A stretch of 64,000 nt of DNA from Antedon mediterranea (GCF_964355755.1 NC_092674.1:13144001-13208000), one strand, 5' to 3'. Numbered from the stretch's first letter, positions 1 to 13,255 are shown. Notes: generated from the sequence alone by a model not told the origin. Program-made: numbers and translations.

Positions 1-4
1 TCTT

Positions 5-680
5 ATTAATTTATAAAGATTAAACAAGTTATTACAAAGTGTGACATCAGTTGTTACAAAACCTTGGTTAATCTGACTTTCCAATTTCAAGATTAACCTT
101 GACGAGGCAGCGTTGTTCCGAACCATGTGAGGGGTACAACCGTGCAGTTCTCGACAATTTAGTTGCAACAAAAATGATCTGTAACCCGCGATGTGGTTGC
201 TTCATTTAGGTATGTTATTACTGGCACTCTCTTTAAATTGTAAAATTAAACACTTTTTGAATCACACTGAATTACATAGTAATATTATTATTAATGTGTG
301 TAACACTTACTTTGGTCTGAAGATCCAATTTAGCACCTTCCTTGAGCAAAATAGTGCAAACATCTGTGTGTCCGTCTTGTGCAGCGAAATGTAAAGGTGA
401 CCCTCCATCCTGAAATATTACAAACATTATGTTATAGTAATTTTTCTCTAAACAAACTATTATAATATTGTCCTGAAATCAATACGATGTGATCAATTAA
501 AAATGACGTTATAGATTTAAATAATGCTACATTGTTAAATTAAATAAAGAGTATCACCCCTTGATGTTTTCTTTAAGATAATGTATTGTATACATTTGTC
601 TTTCTTGTATAACATTTTGTTATATAAGTGATTTATAAATGTATAAAACAAATAAGTGTGGATTTTTTGCCTAAAAAGTA
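5..680. repeat. Exon plus flanks duplicated at about 25119-25817 (more diverged copy around 5500-6040)
   Basis: Near-identical colinear sequence starting TATTAATTTATAAAGATTAAACAAGTTATTACAAAGTGTGAC in both places. Confidence 0.92.
311..409 (-). CDS. Ankyrin-repeat exon (DGGSPLHFAAQDGHTDVCTILLKEGAKLDLQTK)
   Basis: 99 bp, TTTCAG| acceptor and |GTAAGT donor; 90/99 nt identical to the exon at 25440; translated by hand because it is not in the ORF track. Confidence 0.93.
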
Positions 681-714
681 AAGTGTAACACCGCAATTTT
701 AAAATGTATATTGC

Positions 715-878
715 TTATTATTTGTTACTTTGGGAGTACGGAACCTGAACTCTTGTTATAGTGATTAGGTTCACTTTTAGGTTCCTGCCTACTCCCTTAG
801 TTTCTGTGTTTTTGTTTGTTTGTAACTGGTTTTTGGCAATAAATGATAATAATAATAATAATAATAATAATAAATTAT
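715..878 (+). mobile_element. Short retroposon/LINE 3' end with (AAT)n tail
   Basis: Insert ending AATAAA-(AAT)n that is absent from the paralogous segments at about 4295 and 35805. Confidence 0.55.
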
Positions 879-2022
879 TAGCCTTTTAATCAACATTGGT
901 AATAACCGTGCCTAATTTTAGACAACAATCAGGCAAAAGCTAAGTCGCTTCTTTAAAAAAATAAGTTCTATAAGACAATACCACAGTACACGTGTGAAGT
1001 TGAACTAATTCGCCTTTAAAAATATCATAATTAAACTCAACTTTCTTAAATATCTGATAATTAGAGCTGTGCGCGCGTGCAAATTAACAATAGAAATTAA
1101 TATTTATTTACTAAAGCTAACATTATGTTTCCTATTCGAGAAACGATGTTGTTATAGGGACCACACTAAGTAGTTTGTTGAAACATTATGTTAATTTTTT
1201 TCTTTCTTTTACATAGACCTTCAGATAGTTTTAGCATTGATATTATGTTACTGAGGTGTAGTAGTATGCTACATACAATGTGGATTGTTAAACATTTTAA
1301 TTTATTGATGATGAAAATTATATTATTATTGTAACCGAATTTGCCATGATATACGATGAATTTAAATCAGTTTTTGCATCATGTTATAGTAGTATTATAT
1401 TATTATTGTAACTGAATTAACATTGTTAAAGTTTTATAGAATACTGGTAAAATACTGGTAAGTAATGTCCCACACTCCACACTAAACTTGGCCATGTATT
1501 TAGTACTGAACATTGTATTACATTGACAAGTCAGAATGTTATAATGTACTTGGTATGGAAACTATACTAAATGACCAAATAGTGACATACACTTTTGTCA
1601 AATCATTTCCTGTTTTGAATCGTTGGATAGATTTAAACTATGAAACTATTTTAACAATAATATTGTTTTTACATTATACGTATGATGTAGTAATTCTTTG
1701 TTGTCAAGTAATGGTAAATGTATAATTTACATAGTGTCCCATATCGTTTATGAACGCGTTATAATTTTTATTCTGTTCTGGTTCACTATGTGTAAAAGTG
1801 AAGATCAAAATAATTAAAATGTTTGACTTAATCGTGATCTTTAAAATTATAATCATGAATAAATTGTCTCAATGTTAATATTTTAAGTAATCTTTTCTTT
1901 ATTTTATATGTCATTTGACCCAAGCCTAAATATGAAAGCATTCTTTAGAAAATAAATAGTAGGCCTACATAATCAGAATGTGGATATTGGTATAATAGGA
2001 ATAATTTAATGACTTTCTCTCT

Positions 2023-3053
2023 TTAAACTGTGGTCATAAATTGCCTATTCTAACAGCGGCGTGTGGAAATAAAGCGGGTATGCCTGTGTGGAAAGGTTTA
2101 GTAGAAAATAATATTACCGAAGTTTTGCGTGACTCTGGGTGTAGTAGTGTCGTGGTGAAACGATCCTTTGTGAAATCGGAACAACTAGCGGGAGAATTTA
2201 GTACGTGTGTATTGATAGATGGAACTGTAAGGCGTTTTCCTATAGCTAATATTAATATTAATACTCCATTTTGTCAGGACCGGTAAAGGCGAGTTGTATG
2301 GAAAACCCTGTGTTTGGATTAATTATTGGAAACGTTACAGGGGTAAGGGATCCGAATGATCCTGAAGAAAATTGGGCCCTTAATAACGGTAGAAGAAAAG
2401 AGAATAAATTGTCGTTAATCAATGATATCGAAAATGCAGAACCATCCGGTGCCATGATGACTAGAAGCCAGCACAATTCCGTGATAAAACCCCTTAAACA
2501 ATTAAAAGTAGCTACTCCTATACCAATTGATGTGACTCATGAAAGATTAATCGAAGACCAGTATAATGGTTTTACATTGGGGAAAGTTTGAGATTTGGCC
2601 AAAAAGGGGAGATAAACAAATGACTAGAAATGGAAATTACTTTTAATACGTATTTAGTGACGGAAATTCGTGGAGAGAGTTTTTGTCTCCTAAGGTGGAA
2701 TTCGGTAATTTAGTAAGACAAGTAGTTGTTCCTAAAACTCTTAGAGGGGTAGTTTTGCAGTGGGCCCATGAATCTGTATTAGGTGGTCACCTCGGTGTTA
2801 AGAAAATCACTGACAACATTTTAACAATTTTTTTTGGCCTGGGTTGCAATCCGATGTAAGTAGATTTTGCCAGTTGTGCGACATATGACAGCAAACCGTA
2901 TCTAAAGGAAGGGTCTTTAAAGTACCATTGGGAAAAATACCTACTGTACAATCGAGGAACCGTTCGAAATAGTAGGTGTAGATTTAGTAGGGCCAATTAA
3001 ACCCATGACAAAAAGGGGATATCGATATATTTTGGTGTTGATAGATTATGCGA
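2023..3053 (+). mobile_element. Decayed Gypsy LTR-retrotransposon pol fragment with Gmr1-like order (protease directly followed by integrase)
   Basis: Aspartic protease motif LRDSGCS, linker AMMTRSQ, integrase HHCC region HESVLGGHLG, and VDLVGP...YRYILVLIDYAT; frameshifted, with no RT between protease and integrase. Confidence 0.85.
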
Positions 3054-3362
3054 CAAAAAAAAAACTAACAAAAACAGCTATTTTGTGGAGGTTTTTTCAA
3101 TGTAACTTTCTTATAAATTGACCGATTTTTATGGCTGTTTCGACATTGTAATGCCTATTTGAGTACCTACAATGTCATGTTATTTTTAATTGTTAAAACA
3201 ACTTTAAACGTCCTCGGCATTGATTTTTAAAGTTAGACGATTTGAAAATTGTGTTATTAAAGAATAGGCTTGTTTTGTCAATTTGTACATAAACGTTTAT
3301 AACGTTTGACCTAGTTATCCAATGATATTGGCTGTTCCACCATGCAAAAGCTAATCAATCAA

Positions 3363-5240
3363 TCACGAAATGTAAGAGTTATTATCCCTTATTTTTAATA
3401 TGTTAAATGTATTTAAGATTAAGGTACAGGATTATTTATATAAGTAGTTAGTCTCATTCATTATATAATCGTATATTCGTATTTTATGCGCTAGTTTTAT
3501 TTTTTGTAGTATTTTAAATCGACTTTTTAGGATTTTATATGTATATTTTGTATGGCTTTTTTTTTATCGTATTTTATATTTTATGTACTGTATCCATTTT
3601 ATATTTGTATGTACTGTACTTTTGAAAAGGCCAACAGAGTTTCCCCATGGGGATAATAAAGTTTTAATTGAATTGAATTGATTTTAAAACACTTGGTTTA
3701 TTTGAAAATCACCAGCGTGGCTTTGCCGTATTGGTGGACTCGTCCATTTTACTAATATGAATAGGATTGTAGCACATTTATATAAAACGTTGAATTTGAC
3801 CTGTACGGTTTCCATTTCTGTTTTCTAATGTAAAATTAAAATTATATTATTAGTATCTCTATGTAATATAATCACATTGTACTATACTAGTTAGCATCTA
3901 CATACCGTTATACTGCACTTTGTTTTGATGATTTTTTAATGAAATTGTATACACAGGGAGTTGGTATACCATTGGTTCTACTAAAATTATTATTACTTTT
4001 ATTTGTTTGTGCAATATTTGAAGATTGCTACACAAATAGAAATAATTTAAATATAATATATTTAACAGATTAAGTGTACGCACTATGCCTATGGAACAGA
4101 TTACCTACCGGACGTAGTTTAGTATGACACATCTGATATTCTATTATTATAATTATTTTGTTTTATTTATTGTAATGCGCCGTGTTCTTTATATCTTTGA
4201 TTGTATATTGTTTTTCAATAAGTGTGCGGAGGATTCAGGTAATTTCTCTTAGTATTAAAGCGTAACACCGCGGCTTTAAAATGTATATTGCTTATTATAA
4301 AATATAAACCTTTTAATCAACATTGGTATAACCGTGCCTAATTTTAGACAGCACTCAGGCAAAAGTTAAGTAGCTTTAAAAAAAAAAGTTGTTCTATAAG
4401 ACAATACTACAGTCTGTACGCGTGTGAAGTGGAACTAATTCGCCTTAAAATACTAGTTTTAAAATATCATAATTAAACTCAACCTTTAAAATAGCTGATA
4501 ATCAGAGATGTGCGCACCTGCAAATTAACAATATAAATGAATGTTTATGTACAAAACCTAACATTATTATTCCTATTCGAGAAACTTTGTTGTTATGGGA
4601 ACACACTAAGTGATTGGTGTAACTTCACACTAACGATATATTGAAACATTATGTTAATTAGTCTCCTTTACATAGACCTTTGTCATAGGCGATGATTTGA
4701 AATTAAGTTTTAGTATTGATATTATGTTACTGAGGTGTAGTAGTATGCTCCATGCAATGTGGATTGTTGAACATTTTAATTTATTGATGATAAAAGTATA
4801 TTATTATTGTAACCGAATTTGTCATGATTTACGATGAATTTAAATCAGTTTTTGCATCATGTTATGAGGTATAGTAGTATTATATTATTATTGTAACTGA
4901 ATTAACATTGTTAAAGTTTTATAGAATACTGGTAAAATACTGGTAAGTAATGTCCCACACTCCACACTGAACATGGCCATGCATTTAATACTGAACATTG
5001 TATTACATTGACAAGTCAGAATGTTATAATGTACTTGGTATGGAAACTATACTAAATGACCAAATAGTGACATACACTTTTGTCAAATCATTTCCTGTTT
5101 TGAATCGTTGGAAAGATTTAAACTATATGAAACTATTTTAACAATAATATTGTTTGTACATTATACGTATGATGTAGTAATTCTTTGTTTGTCACTGCTG
5201 AAAGTAATGGTAAATGTATAATTTGTAAAGTGTCCCATAT
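3363..5240. repeat. Intronic segment duplicated at about 35113-36700; its part 4255-5240 is also duplicated at about 680-1750
   Basis: Long colinear high-identity matches, e.g. CACGAAATGTAAGAGTTATTATCCC at about 3364 and 35113. Confidence 0.92.
3450..3681 (+). mobile_element. LINE 3' end with (AATTG)n tail
   Basis: Ends AATAAAGTTTT(AATTG)3 and is absent from the paralog at about 35195. Confidence 0.55.
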
Positions 5241-5835
5241 CTTTATGTGTTGTCAGTATGCTGTTATTTACGTACATATAGAGCAATACCTTCCCCGTGA
5301 TTATGTGTACATTTAATGAAGAAAGAACAATACTTAAAACTGATACGTCAAAAAGGCGAGCGGCGTTTATTGTAAGTAATATTCTAGATGAATTAATATT
5401 ATCAACATGCACAAGTACCTTAAATTGAATTCTACAATGTAAAGGATTCCAATGAAAAAAAAATGGTCCTGCTCTAAAACGTAGTGACAACTCAAATACA
5501 AGTTATTTGGTAAGATCTTGCTTGAAGGTATCCATTGCTTTAAAAGACAACGAAGTAAACTATCTTTGATAACTGACTTCCCAAAGTCAATATTAACCTT
5601 GACATGGTACCGGTGTTCCGAACCATAATTATGTGAGAGGTACGACCGCCGTGCAGTTATCGACAGTACAGTCATCCTCGCTACAAATTACAGTATCTAT
5701 AATATGACCCGCATTGTGGTTGGTTCATTTACCTATATTATAACCGGCACGCCCATTAAATTGTAAATAAATACATTTTTTTAAATCACACTGAATTATA
5801 TAGCACCTGTTATTAATAATATTTGTAACACTTAC

Positions 5836-5934
5836 ATTGTTTGGAAGATCCACTTTAGCACCTGCCTTGAGCAAAATAGTGCAAATGTCTGTGTGGCCCT
5901 TTTCTGCAGCCACATTTAAAGGCGACCATCCATC
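5836..5934 (-). CDS. Ankyrin-repeat exon (DGWSPLNVAAEKGHTDICTILLKAGAKVDLPNN)
   Basis: 99 bp, TTTCAG| acceptor and |GTAAGT donor; ankyrin consensus; lies within ORF 5725..5949. Confidence 0.93.
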
Positions 5935-6046
5935 CTGAAATAATAACACACATCATGTTATATAAGTAGTAGTATAGTCTTCTACAAAAAGCTATTTAAT
6001 ATTGTATTGAAATCTTTTCGATGTGATCAAGTAAAACTAACTTTAA

Positions 6047-7376
6047 AGCCAGGTGAGGGCAAACAAATTCTATTGATTTTGCATTCCAATATCTATAGTT
6101 TCCCCTATGTTTCATAATGTTAGTGATTTTATTTGTGTTACACGAGCTTTTTGAAAATATGCACTTTATTATCATGGGGGATAGTTCATATTACACAATT
6201 AAATCTTGTAAATAGAGAGGCAATTTGAAAAAAACTAAAAATATACAGTGTGGTAACAAATTTTATCACAGGACTAAATATAGATAATACTTCATCGTTT
6301 TATTTTCGTGCTATAGCAAACATTATCCACCGTATATCCACCATCTTTTTTCACCTTCTATAGAGTCACCGGACATGTAGTTACACTAGGTTAAACTACT
6401 TAACTACTGAACAAGGCCAACAGCCATTAAGTCGCGTGCTACAATGCATAGTGATATCGGACCGACAGACAGACCGACAGACCGACAGACCGACAGACCG
6501 ACAGACCGACCGACCGACCGACCGACATAGTGAACTATACTGACCGAAATTACTGAACATGTTTAAAAATGTTGAAATGTTTAAAAACATTTTTATTTTT
6601 TTTATTTACACGTGCGTAGCTTGTCACTTTTGACGTGCTCGTATAACGTAATTTCGAGTTGAAAAGTAAGTCAAGAAAACAGAAATCTGGCAAAAAGAGT
6701 GCGCAATAACATTTTACGCGCAGTGCGCGCGCAAAAATATGCGCACTCATGGCAATTTTGTAAACGCTTAAAATTGCCTGAAACGTACTCTTATTTCATA
6801 GAAAATAAATTTTGAAATTTTTAAGCGCGCGTACGCATGCGTTACATGCGCTACGCACGTAATTGTATTGCCATATGATGATTTATGCCCTGAAATTTAT
6901 GAGTACCAAATTTTATTTAATTGTGATTCATTTTTGTGAAGATATGATTACAAACGTGATTTCGTTAAATCGTGCGTAGACCGCGTAATTTTTTATTGCG
7001 CACCGTGAAAACATAATCACATCGATTCCTGGCCATAAGGAATATACTGTGAAAAATTGACCTAGCTAGATTAAACTGATATCAAGATACGGTCAGAAAG
7101 CGATTAAACGCATAGAGTTACCGGACCGACAGACCGACAGACCGACAGACCGACCGACCGACATAGTGAACTATAGAGTCGCCTCCACGCGACTATAAAA
7201 AGTCTTACTGGTTTTTATAGCAGAATTTTACCAAATTTTGTATTTGACCATTTTAAGGGAAATCCACTTGTTTTCGTCGTGATGTCTATTACAATTATTT
7301 GATTTCTATTACAATTATTTGATTTATGTACAATTAACCAGATATTATATTTAAAATTCATGCCTGTACCTAAGCT
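6047..7376. mobile_element. Putative non-autonomous Kolobok-like DNA transposon (TTAA TSD)
   Basis: TTAA|AGCCAGGT...ACCTAAGCT|TTAA with an imperfect TIR; the segment is absent from the paralogous introns at about 500-545 and 25640-25680. Confidence 0.45.
6410..7199 (-). mobile_element. HINE/DINE-1-like non-autonomous Helentron element
   Basis: Subterminal inverted repeats AGTCGCGTG / CACGCGACT, a 5' palindrome, two core repeats with (GTCG/GTCT)n microsatellite, a 3' short stem-loop GGCTGTTGGCC, and T-rich ends. Confidence 0.7.
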
Positions 7377-8089
7377 TTAACTTGAATAAAGATTATTAAC
7401 CTTTGATGTTTTCTTTAAGATAATGTATTGTATATGCATGCATTTGTTTGGCTTGTATACTATTTTGTTATAATAGTACGGTTATTTTGTACGTAGCATT
7501 TATATATTGCAAATTTGGTAAGAAATTGTGGTCCTTAATATGAAAGATGGTACTAGTTCTGCTGCCAGTTATTTTGCTACCATTATTAAAGAACCTATAG
7601 ATACAGTGCACTGATTGACTAATAGAATACTGTAGTTTGATACGGTTAGTGAAATTTTGCGACGGTTGAAAACTTCAACCTTTAAGATTTTTTGTTGGAG
7701 ACATTGATATACGCACTGTCATATGGAACTTTTAAAGTTAAAACAGCCCCAAATCATATTATGATAAAGTGGTGTTTGCGTTTGAACTGGCAGTTACGAC
7801 TAAAAATGTATCCAGGCCCCAAAATGTGTTCAGATAACACATTTTGACTGCTAAATTCTCAATTGGTTTCATTTTGCTGTTACTTGGAGAAGATACGTTT
7901 AAAAAAAAATGTTTTGCCAAATCAAATGAATACGTCGATTCATATCCATTTTGTGTACCATTTTAATAAAATTGTGTTGCTATGTAGGCTACATCACAAT
8001 ATATACAAAAACAGAAAAATCACCATTAAAAAGATCATTCCCTAATATTTAGTACTCTAAATGGTAAAAACCATTACGAAATCTATATG

Positions 8090-8470
8090 TATGAGGGGTG
8101 ATGGACCGCTTCCTTGAACTTCAAAAATGAGATGGGTTGGGTCTTGCAAAATCAAATGTGTTTTTTTTGTAAAGTGATCTCTAATCAATCAAATTGAAAG
8201 TATACGTGAAGCATAATTAACAATACATTTGAGTTCCAACTTATCCTTACATGTGGTCCCGGTAAACCATGCAACAATGATAAAAGTGAGAATACTCTCA
8301 ATGACCGATTTATTAAAAAAAAGACGTAGGCCTGATGGGAGGTTTAACTTCAAAATATTTAAGTCTATGCAAACAGTAAAAACGTTGAGCACGGGCCTTT
8401 TTCATAGCCTTATAGTAATAATACTTATTGTCGTGCCATTCAAGATCTCTAGTGATTTATTTACAATGTC
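8090..8470 (-). mobile_element. Decayed Rex1/L2-group LINE RT C-terminal fragment (paralogs at about 26150-26405 and 33210-33500)
   Basis: LRLFF.KSVIESILTFIIVAWF...VNYASRI resembles the post-RT (DUF1891-type) region of these LINEs. Confidence 0.65.
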
Positions 8471-9075
8471 AATTCCAGAGGGGGTATTTCATATTGTATG
8501 TGATTTACATTTTGTGTTATAAAATGTCGAGTGTTTCACCTGCTTTGATAGAAACAATACTGTAATGAGTTGAAAATGTAAACATATTAGTATATTGGTA
8601 AACACATGATGTACTGCAAACCAAACTAGTGTATTTGTGCACATAATAGTAGGTGACATTTGTAATTGAGACCGTTTTATTTGACACGAAAACATGTGTG
8701 AACTCATAAAAAACGTACATAATCATATAATGTAGTACATTTTGAATGTTGACATGACATGATAAACATTAAACATGTTCCTTCTAGCATAGATTTTTCT
8801 GAGATTATTTGGATTTCGTTCTTAAATACGGTATATTGTTTTATTTATTGTAATGCCATGTGTTCTCTACGTGTCGATATAGTTAGGGTACGAACATTTA
8901 TCTTAGTATTACAGGGTAACACCGTGGCTTAAAAATATAATTATTGTTTATTATAAAACAAAGACCTTTGCAAAAACTCTACTTAGTTTATTAATGAAAA
9001 AGATCTTAATTGAAATATACATTTGAATTAGCTGTACGCGAGTGCAAATAAAATCTCTAAATGAATATGTATATA
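8170..9075. repeat. Segment nearly identical to 33210-34097
   Basis: Colinear match starting GTAAAGTGATCTCTAATCAATC. Confidence 0.92.
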
Positions 9076-9866
9076 TACAGTTAGTGTTTACCGACCGACC
9101 GGTATCAAAATTCAATTTTCATACTTATATTGAGCTTTAGGCTATATAATAATTAGCTTTATTTCGAAGCGGTTTTAAAATATTTATGTGAAAAACATTC
9201 CTGTGTTTTTTTAGATAAGATAACTACATTTTTTGATTTTGACCGACCGGTTTGTCTGAAAATCATACATAATACTAACAAAACAATACAATACAATTAA
9301 CTAGAATGAATGTAGAGGCCCGTTGTGAAAAGAAAGCCGAAAAATACCGTGCATAGCCATAATACGTGATTTTGGCCCTCTATCGACAGAACCTCCCGTA
9401 ATCGGCCACTTTTCAATTTCATAAAATAAGGCAATTAATAGGAGTTGATACCTTAGTAGTTATAAAAGCCCAGGTCTATAGTCTACTTTAGTTAAGTATG
9501 GTCAACAACAACAACAACTAAATTTGAACTTATCAAGCCCACATTTTTTTTTCGCAAATACTGTAGGAGCAAATCCAAGCCTAAGCAACTGAAGAAAAGA
9601 TATTTAGGCCTAGCCTAGATGTCATAAGTAAGCCCATTAATTACAATTTATCACGGTTGGTTTCTTTGGAAAATAGAGAACTCTACGAACGCCTCTTGCC
9701 TTAGGCTTGTCCTTCGGCTTGTCCTTCACCTTGACGAGTTCGAGTTATCCTCGTTAACGCATACCCTGCAACTAACATGAAATACACATAAAGTACTATA
9801 TGACGCGAAAAAAATATGTTTATAGTGTTCTGAATTGTGTCGATCTATTCTGTGTCATACAATATT

Positions 9867-11412
9867 TTTTTTTTTTTTTTTTTATTTCATTTCATCACAT
9901 ACATAATAAAAAATTAATATATAAAGGCAACGTAACTATTAAAACGATATTAAATACTCTCTCAAATATAAGAGAGTAATGAAATTAAAGAAAAAAAAAA
10001 AATGTATCGCAAAAATACACTTAATAATAATCATTTTGCTAATAATATGGTTGCCTTGTATTTTTGGTAAATGTGAAATAAATGATTATAATTAAGTAAT
10101 TGTTTTTTGATTTTGCAACTAAATATGTACCACTTGGTAATTAAAATTAAAATGTTTGCATCACTGTGTGTTTTTCCAAAACCAAAACATATACTTTCTT
10201 TGGTGATAATTAAGTTATTGTTGAGATTTCGATACATATATTGTTTTACATTTTCCCAAATTTTCTTTACCAGATCACATTCAAAGAACATATGTGGCAG
10301 TGTTTCCTGCTTTTCCTTGCAGAAACTACACATTGGTGAATCGACCTTTGACATCTTAAAGAGCATTGTATTTGTATAAATTATACGATGAATAAATTTA
10401 AATTGAACATTTTTTAGCTTAGTGTCATTTGTACAGGCGTGTAAATTTGAGAAAAGGTTTTTCCAATTAAGTTTGTTGTCAAACTCCTTTTCCCATTTGG
10501 ATTCAATTCCAATTGGCTCTTCAACATTTTTTAATATAATGTGTTTATAGATATAATGACAATTTCTCGTTTTCACAGAAATGAATGTCTGTAATTTGGA
10601 TTCAACTTCATTAGTTGTGTTTATACCTTGTTCAATTAATTTCTGTTTCCAGAGCTTTGGAATTGAATTTACAATCTGGTGATATAATAAGAAGTCTGGT
10701 TTAAAATTATATTTTTGGTTAAATTCGTCTAGTTCTAATATTTTCCCTTCTTTGTTCACGATATCTTTTACATAGTTTACATTTTTAACCAACCACTTTT
10801 TTCAACTTTAAATTCTCTTTTATCAAAACATGAGTTGTTCCATAAAGATTGATTTAAGATGTCCTCTATCGTATACGGTTCTACAAAATTGTATTCACTC
10901 AACGCAGAGAGTATATCTTTATGGAACCTTTCAAATTGTTTTAATATTTTTGAAGATTTAGAAAAGTTGGTTTCGAAAACAATATTTCCTCCAACCTCTT
11001 TAATCTTACTTTTTAAAAACACTTTCCACTTGGATTGATTTCCATCAAGATATCTTTTCACCCAACATGATTTGAGAGATGTACAGTAACTCTTAATATG
11101 GGGAATTTTTAACCCTCCTTCGTCAAAATTGTTAAGCATGACTTTTCTTTTGACTTTATCGGGTTTTCCGTTCCATATAAATTTAAAAATTTTACTTTGA
11201 ATATCTTGAAGGAAACAATCGGGTGGGTCTGGTAAATTTGAGAAAACATACGTGAATATTGGGAGAAACAGTGACTTAATAATAGTTGCTTTTCCAAACA
11301 AAGTAAGTGAGCGTTGTTTCCACATATTTAATACTTGTTCAGCATTTTTAGCCTTATCTGGAAAATTGAGTCTGAAAATATCATTACAATTGCAAGAAAT
11401 ATTAACACCCAA
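9867..11412 (-). mobile_element. 5'-truncated Tx1/L1-clade LINE (ORF2 C-terminus with zf-RVT, poly-A tail)
   Basis: ORFs 10777..11412 and 10031..10792 contain RSLTLFGK, FIWNGK, EGGL and CSFC..ETLPHMFFEC. Poly-T at 9865-9883. A 15-bp TSD GTGTCATACAATATT lies at 9852-9866 and 11413-11427. Confidence 0.92.
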
Positions 11413-11879
11413 GTGTCATACAATATTAAGTGCGAATAACCAATAAGTAAAGGTTAATATTCTATTCTGTTCCGTTTATTCAGTAAAGCCTAAATTTCAA
11501 ACAGATATGTTACTTTTCACTATGATGACACGATTACGAAATCAGCAACAGTTGATCACATACGAATGACAATCGGTTCTTTTTAGTCGGCTGAATTATT
11601 AACATTAATTGATTTAAACGGCCACCAACTGTCAGTAATCAGTTTAATAAAACTAAGTCGCACATGTACAGAGAATTTGACATGAAAACTTACAGATACA
11701 ATATCATTTCACTATAAATCTTTGATATCATGTGTATATAAACAACACTTGATGTGTTTACAATTGTCATGTCACGAGAATACGGTTGAGTTTCATAGGA
11801 AACAAAGTTGTAGAGATTATAAGTTTCTGAAATATACTGTAGTGCTGCTGTGTTATCGGAGAAAGTATATAATCTATAT

Positions 11880-12400
11880 AATCATTATGTTATAGGCGTC
11901 ACTTTACTGATATCGTTTTTCTTTTTAAGATTTTCAATTCTAATATAAGTAATAATTAAAACTGACAATTTATTTAATATTCGTAATTCACAACGTGTTA
12001 CTCGTAGCTCTTCTTCTGTTGGTACTCTTTTTGATATTCGTGGCTGCAGAACTGAATCTTCTTTTTAATCATATATCCCACGTGTTACCAGAATTTGGAA
12101 TAACTTACCCAGTGAAATCCGCAACTTCAATATTTCTGTAAAACCAAGTTACTTAATTATCTCAATATTTATTTTTTAAATAATTTTGATATTGAAAATG
12201 TGTGTAGTTGGTCGCTTTCTTGTAGATGCTTTAATTGTAGAACGTATTTTTTTTATTTTTCTTATATTTTTCTGTTCTGGGTTGACCAACTAGCATAGGT
12301 GTTTAGCACCTGTTAGGTCTTTCCGTGCCTCCTTTTATAATGTTTTTATCTTCTTTGTTATGTATATGGCAGAAATTGAATAAATAAATAAATAAATAAA
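11880..12400 (+). mobile_element. CR1-group LINE 3' fragment with (TAAA)n tail
   Basis: Translates to YRRHFTDIVFLFKI...PRVTRIWNNLP...CSWSLSCRCFNCR; tail at 12379-12400. Confidence 0.75.
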
Positions 12401-12899
12401 TACACAGTATGTATTCAATTATCTCAACACAAATACCAATTGAAATGCCATGGTTTCTGTGATCAGTTCTTTAGTTCTTTTAAATATGTCTACTATAATC
12501 TTTCCATCTCTTCTGAAAACTGTTTTCAATATAATCAATTGCCTGTTGTAGATACAAACAAGGAAAATGCTTATTCATCATTACTAACACGTAAGTTATC
12601 AATGATAGTTATTTCTTCAGGTTGATGTACTTACATTTCCATCACATAACCCTTACCTTCTATCACGTAAAGTATTAAGAGTACACACCTGTTCATGTGC
12701 GCCATATTATTGCTCATATATTCTTTACTAAAATAATTTTGCAAGCACGTTAAATGTATTGATTCAAGATCAACATTACTTTGTTTATCAATATTGGGGT
12801 TGTATATTCATATGAAGTAATAATATTAACAAGGTCAACACTCGGTAAACCAAATTTTTTGGAAAAAAGCAATGGATTTGATACTGCATGACATTGTTT

Positions 12900-13255
12900 T
12901 TCTGTTATTAACCATAATAGAAAGTAAAAATAAATGTAAACTATTGCTATATTTTGGGGTTAAAGATCAACAAATACAGGTCAAAATACCAAAAATCATA
13001 TTTTTAAAATAAAACCATTATAATGGTTTAGATTCACGGTGATTCTAGAAACAGCAGAGAATTTATCAAAACTGTTGTTTTTGCTCTTTTAAATTGAAAT
13101 TTCATGGTTTCTCCCAGTTTCCATGGTTACAAGACACTATTAAAATTTACCAAACATAACATTATTAGTGGACAAACAATATTAAAAAATTTGGATTGAC
13201 AAATTTACCATTTTTGGACTTTTGGCACACTTTGAATTGATTCTGTCCCACTGTG
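12900..13255 (-). mobile_element. Solo Transib-like terminus (CACAGTGG...)
   Basis: Minus strand begins CACAGTGGGACAGAATC at 13255. No partner end or transposase was recognised, and the inner boundary is approximate. Confidence 0.35.

Noticed and set aside
191-394. Plus-strand 67-aa ORF with a signal-peptide-like start
   Set aside because: It is the antisense shadow of the ankyrin exon and its intron flank; the splice signals support the minus strand.
6396-6590. ORF with CRSVGRSV repeats
   Set aside because: It is a translation of the HINE microsatellite.
11694-11826. AG/GT-bounded 133-bp minus-strand segment as an extra host exon
   Set aside because: Its length is not a multiple of 3, it has a stop in phase 0, and it shows no ankyrin similarity.
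12400-12720. RAG1/RAG2-like coding next to the RSS-like end
   Set aside because: Hand translation of both strands showed no recognisable RAG or Transib motifs.
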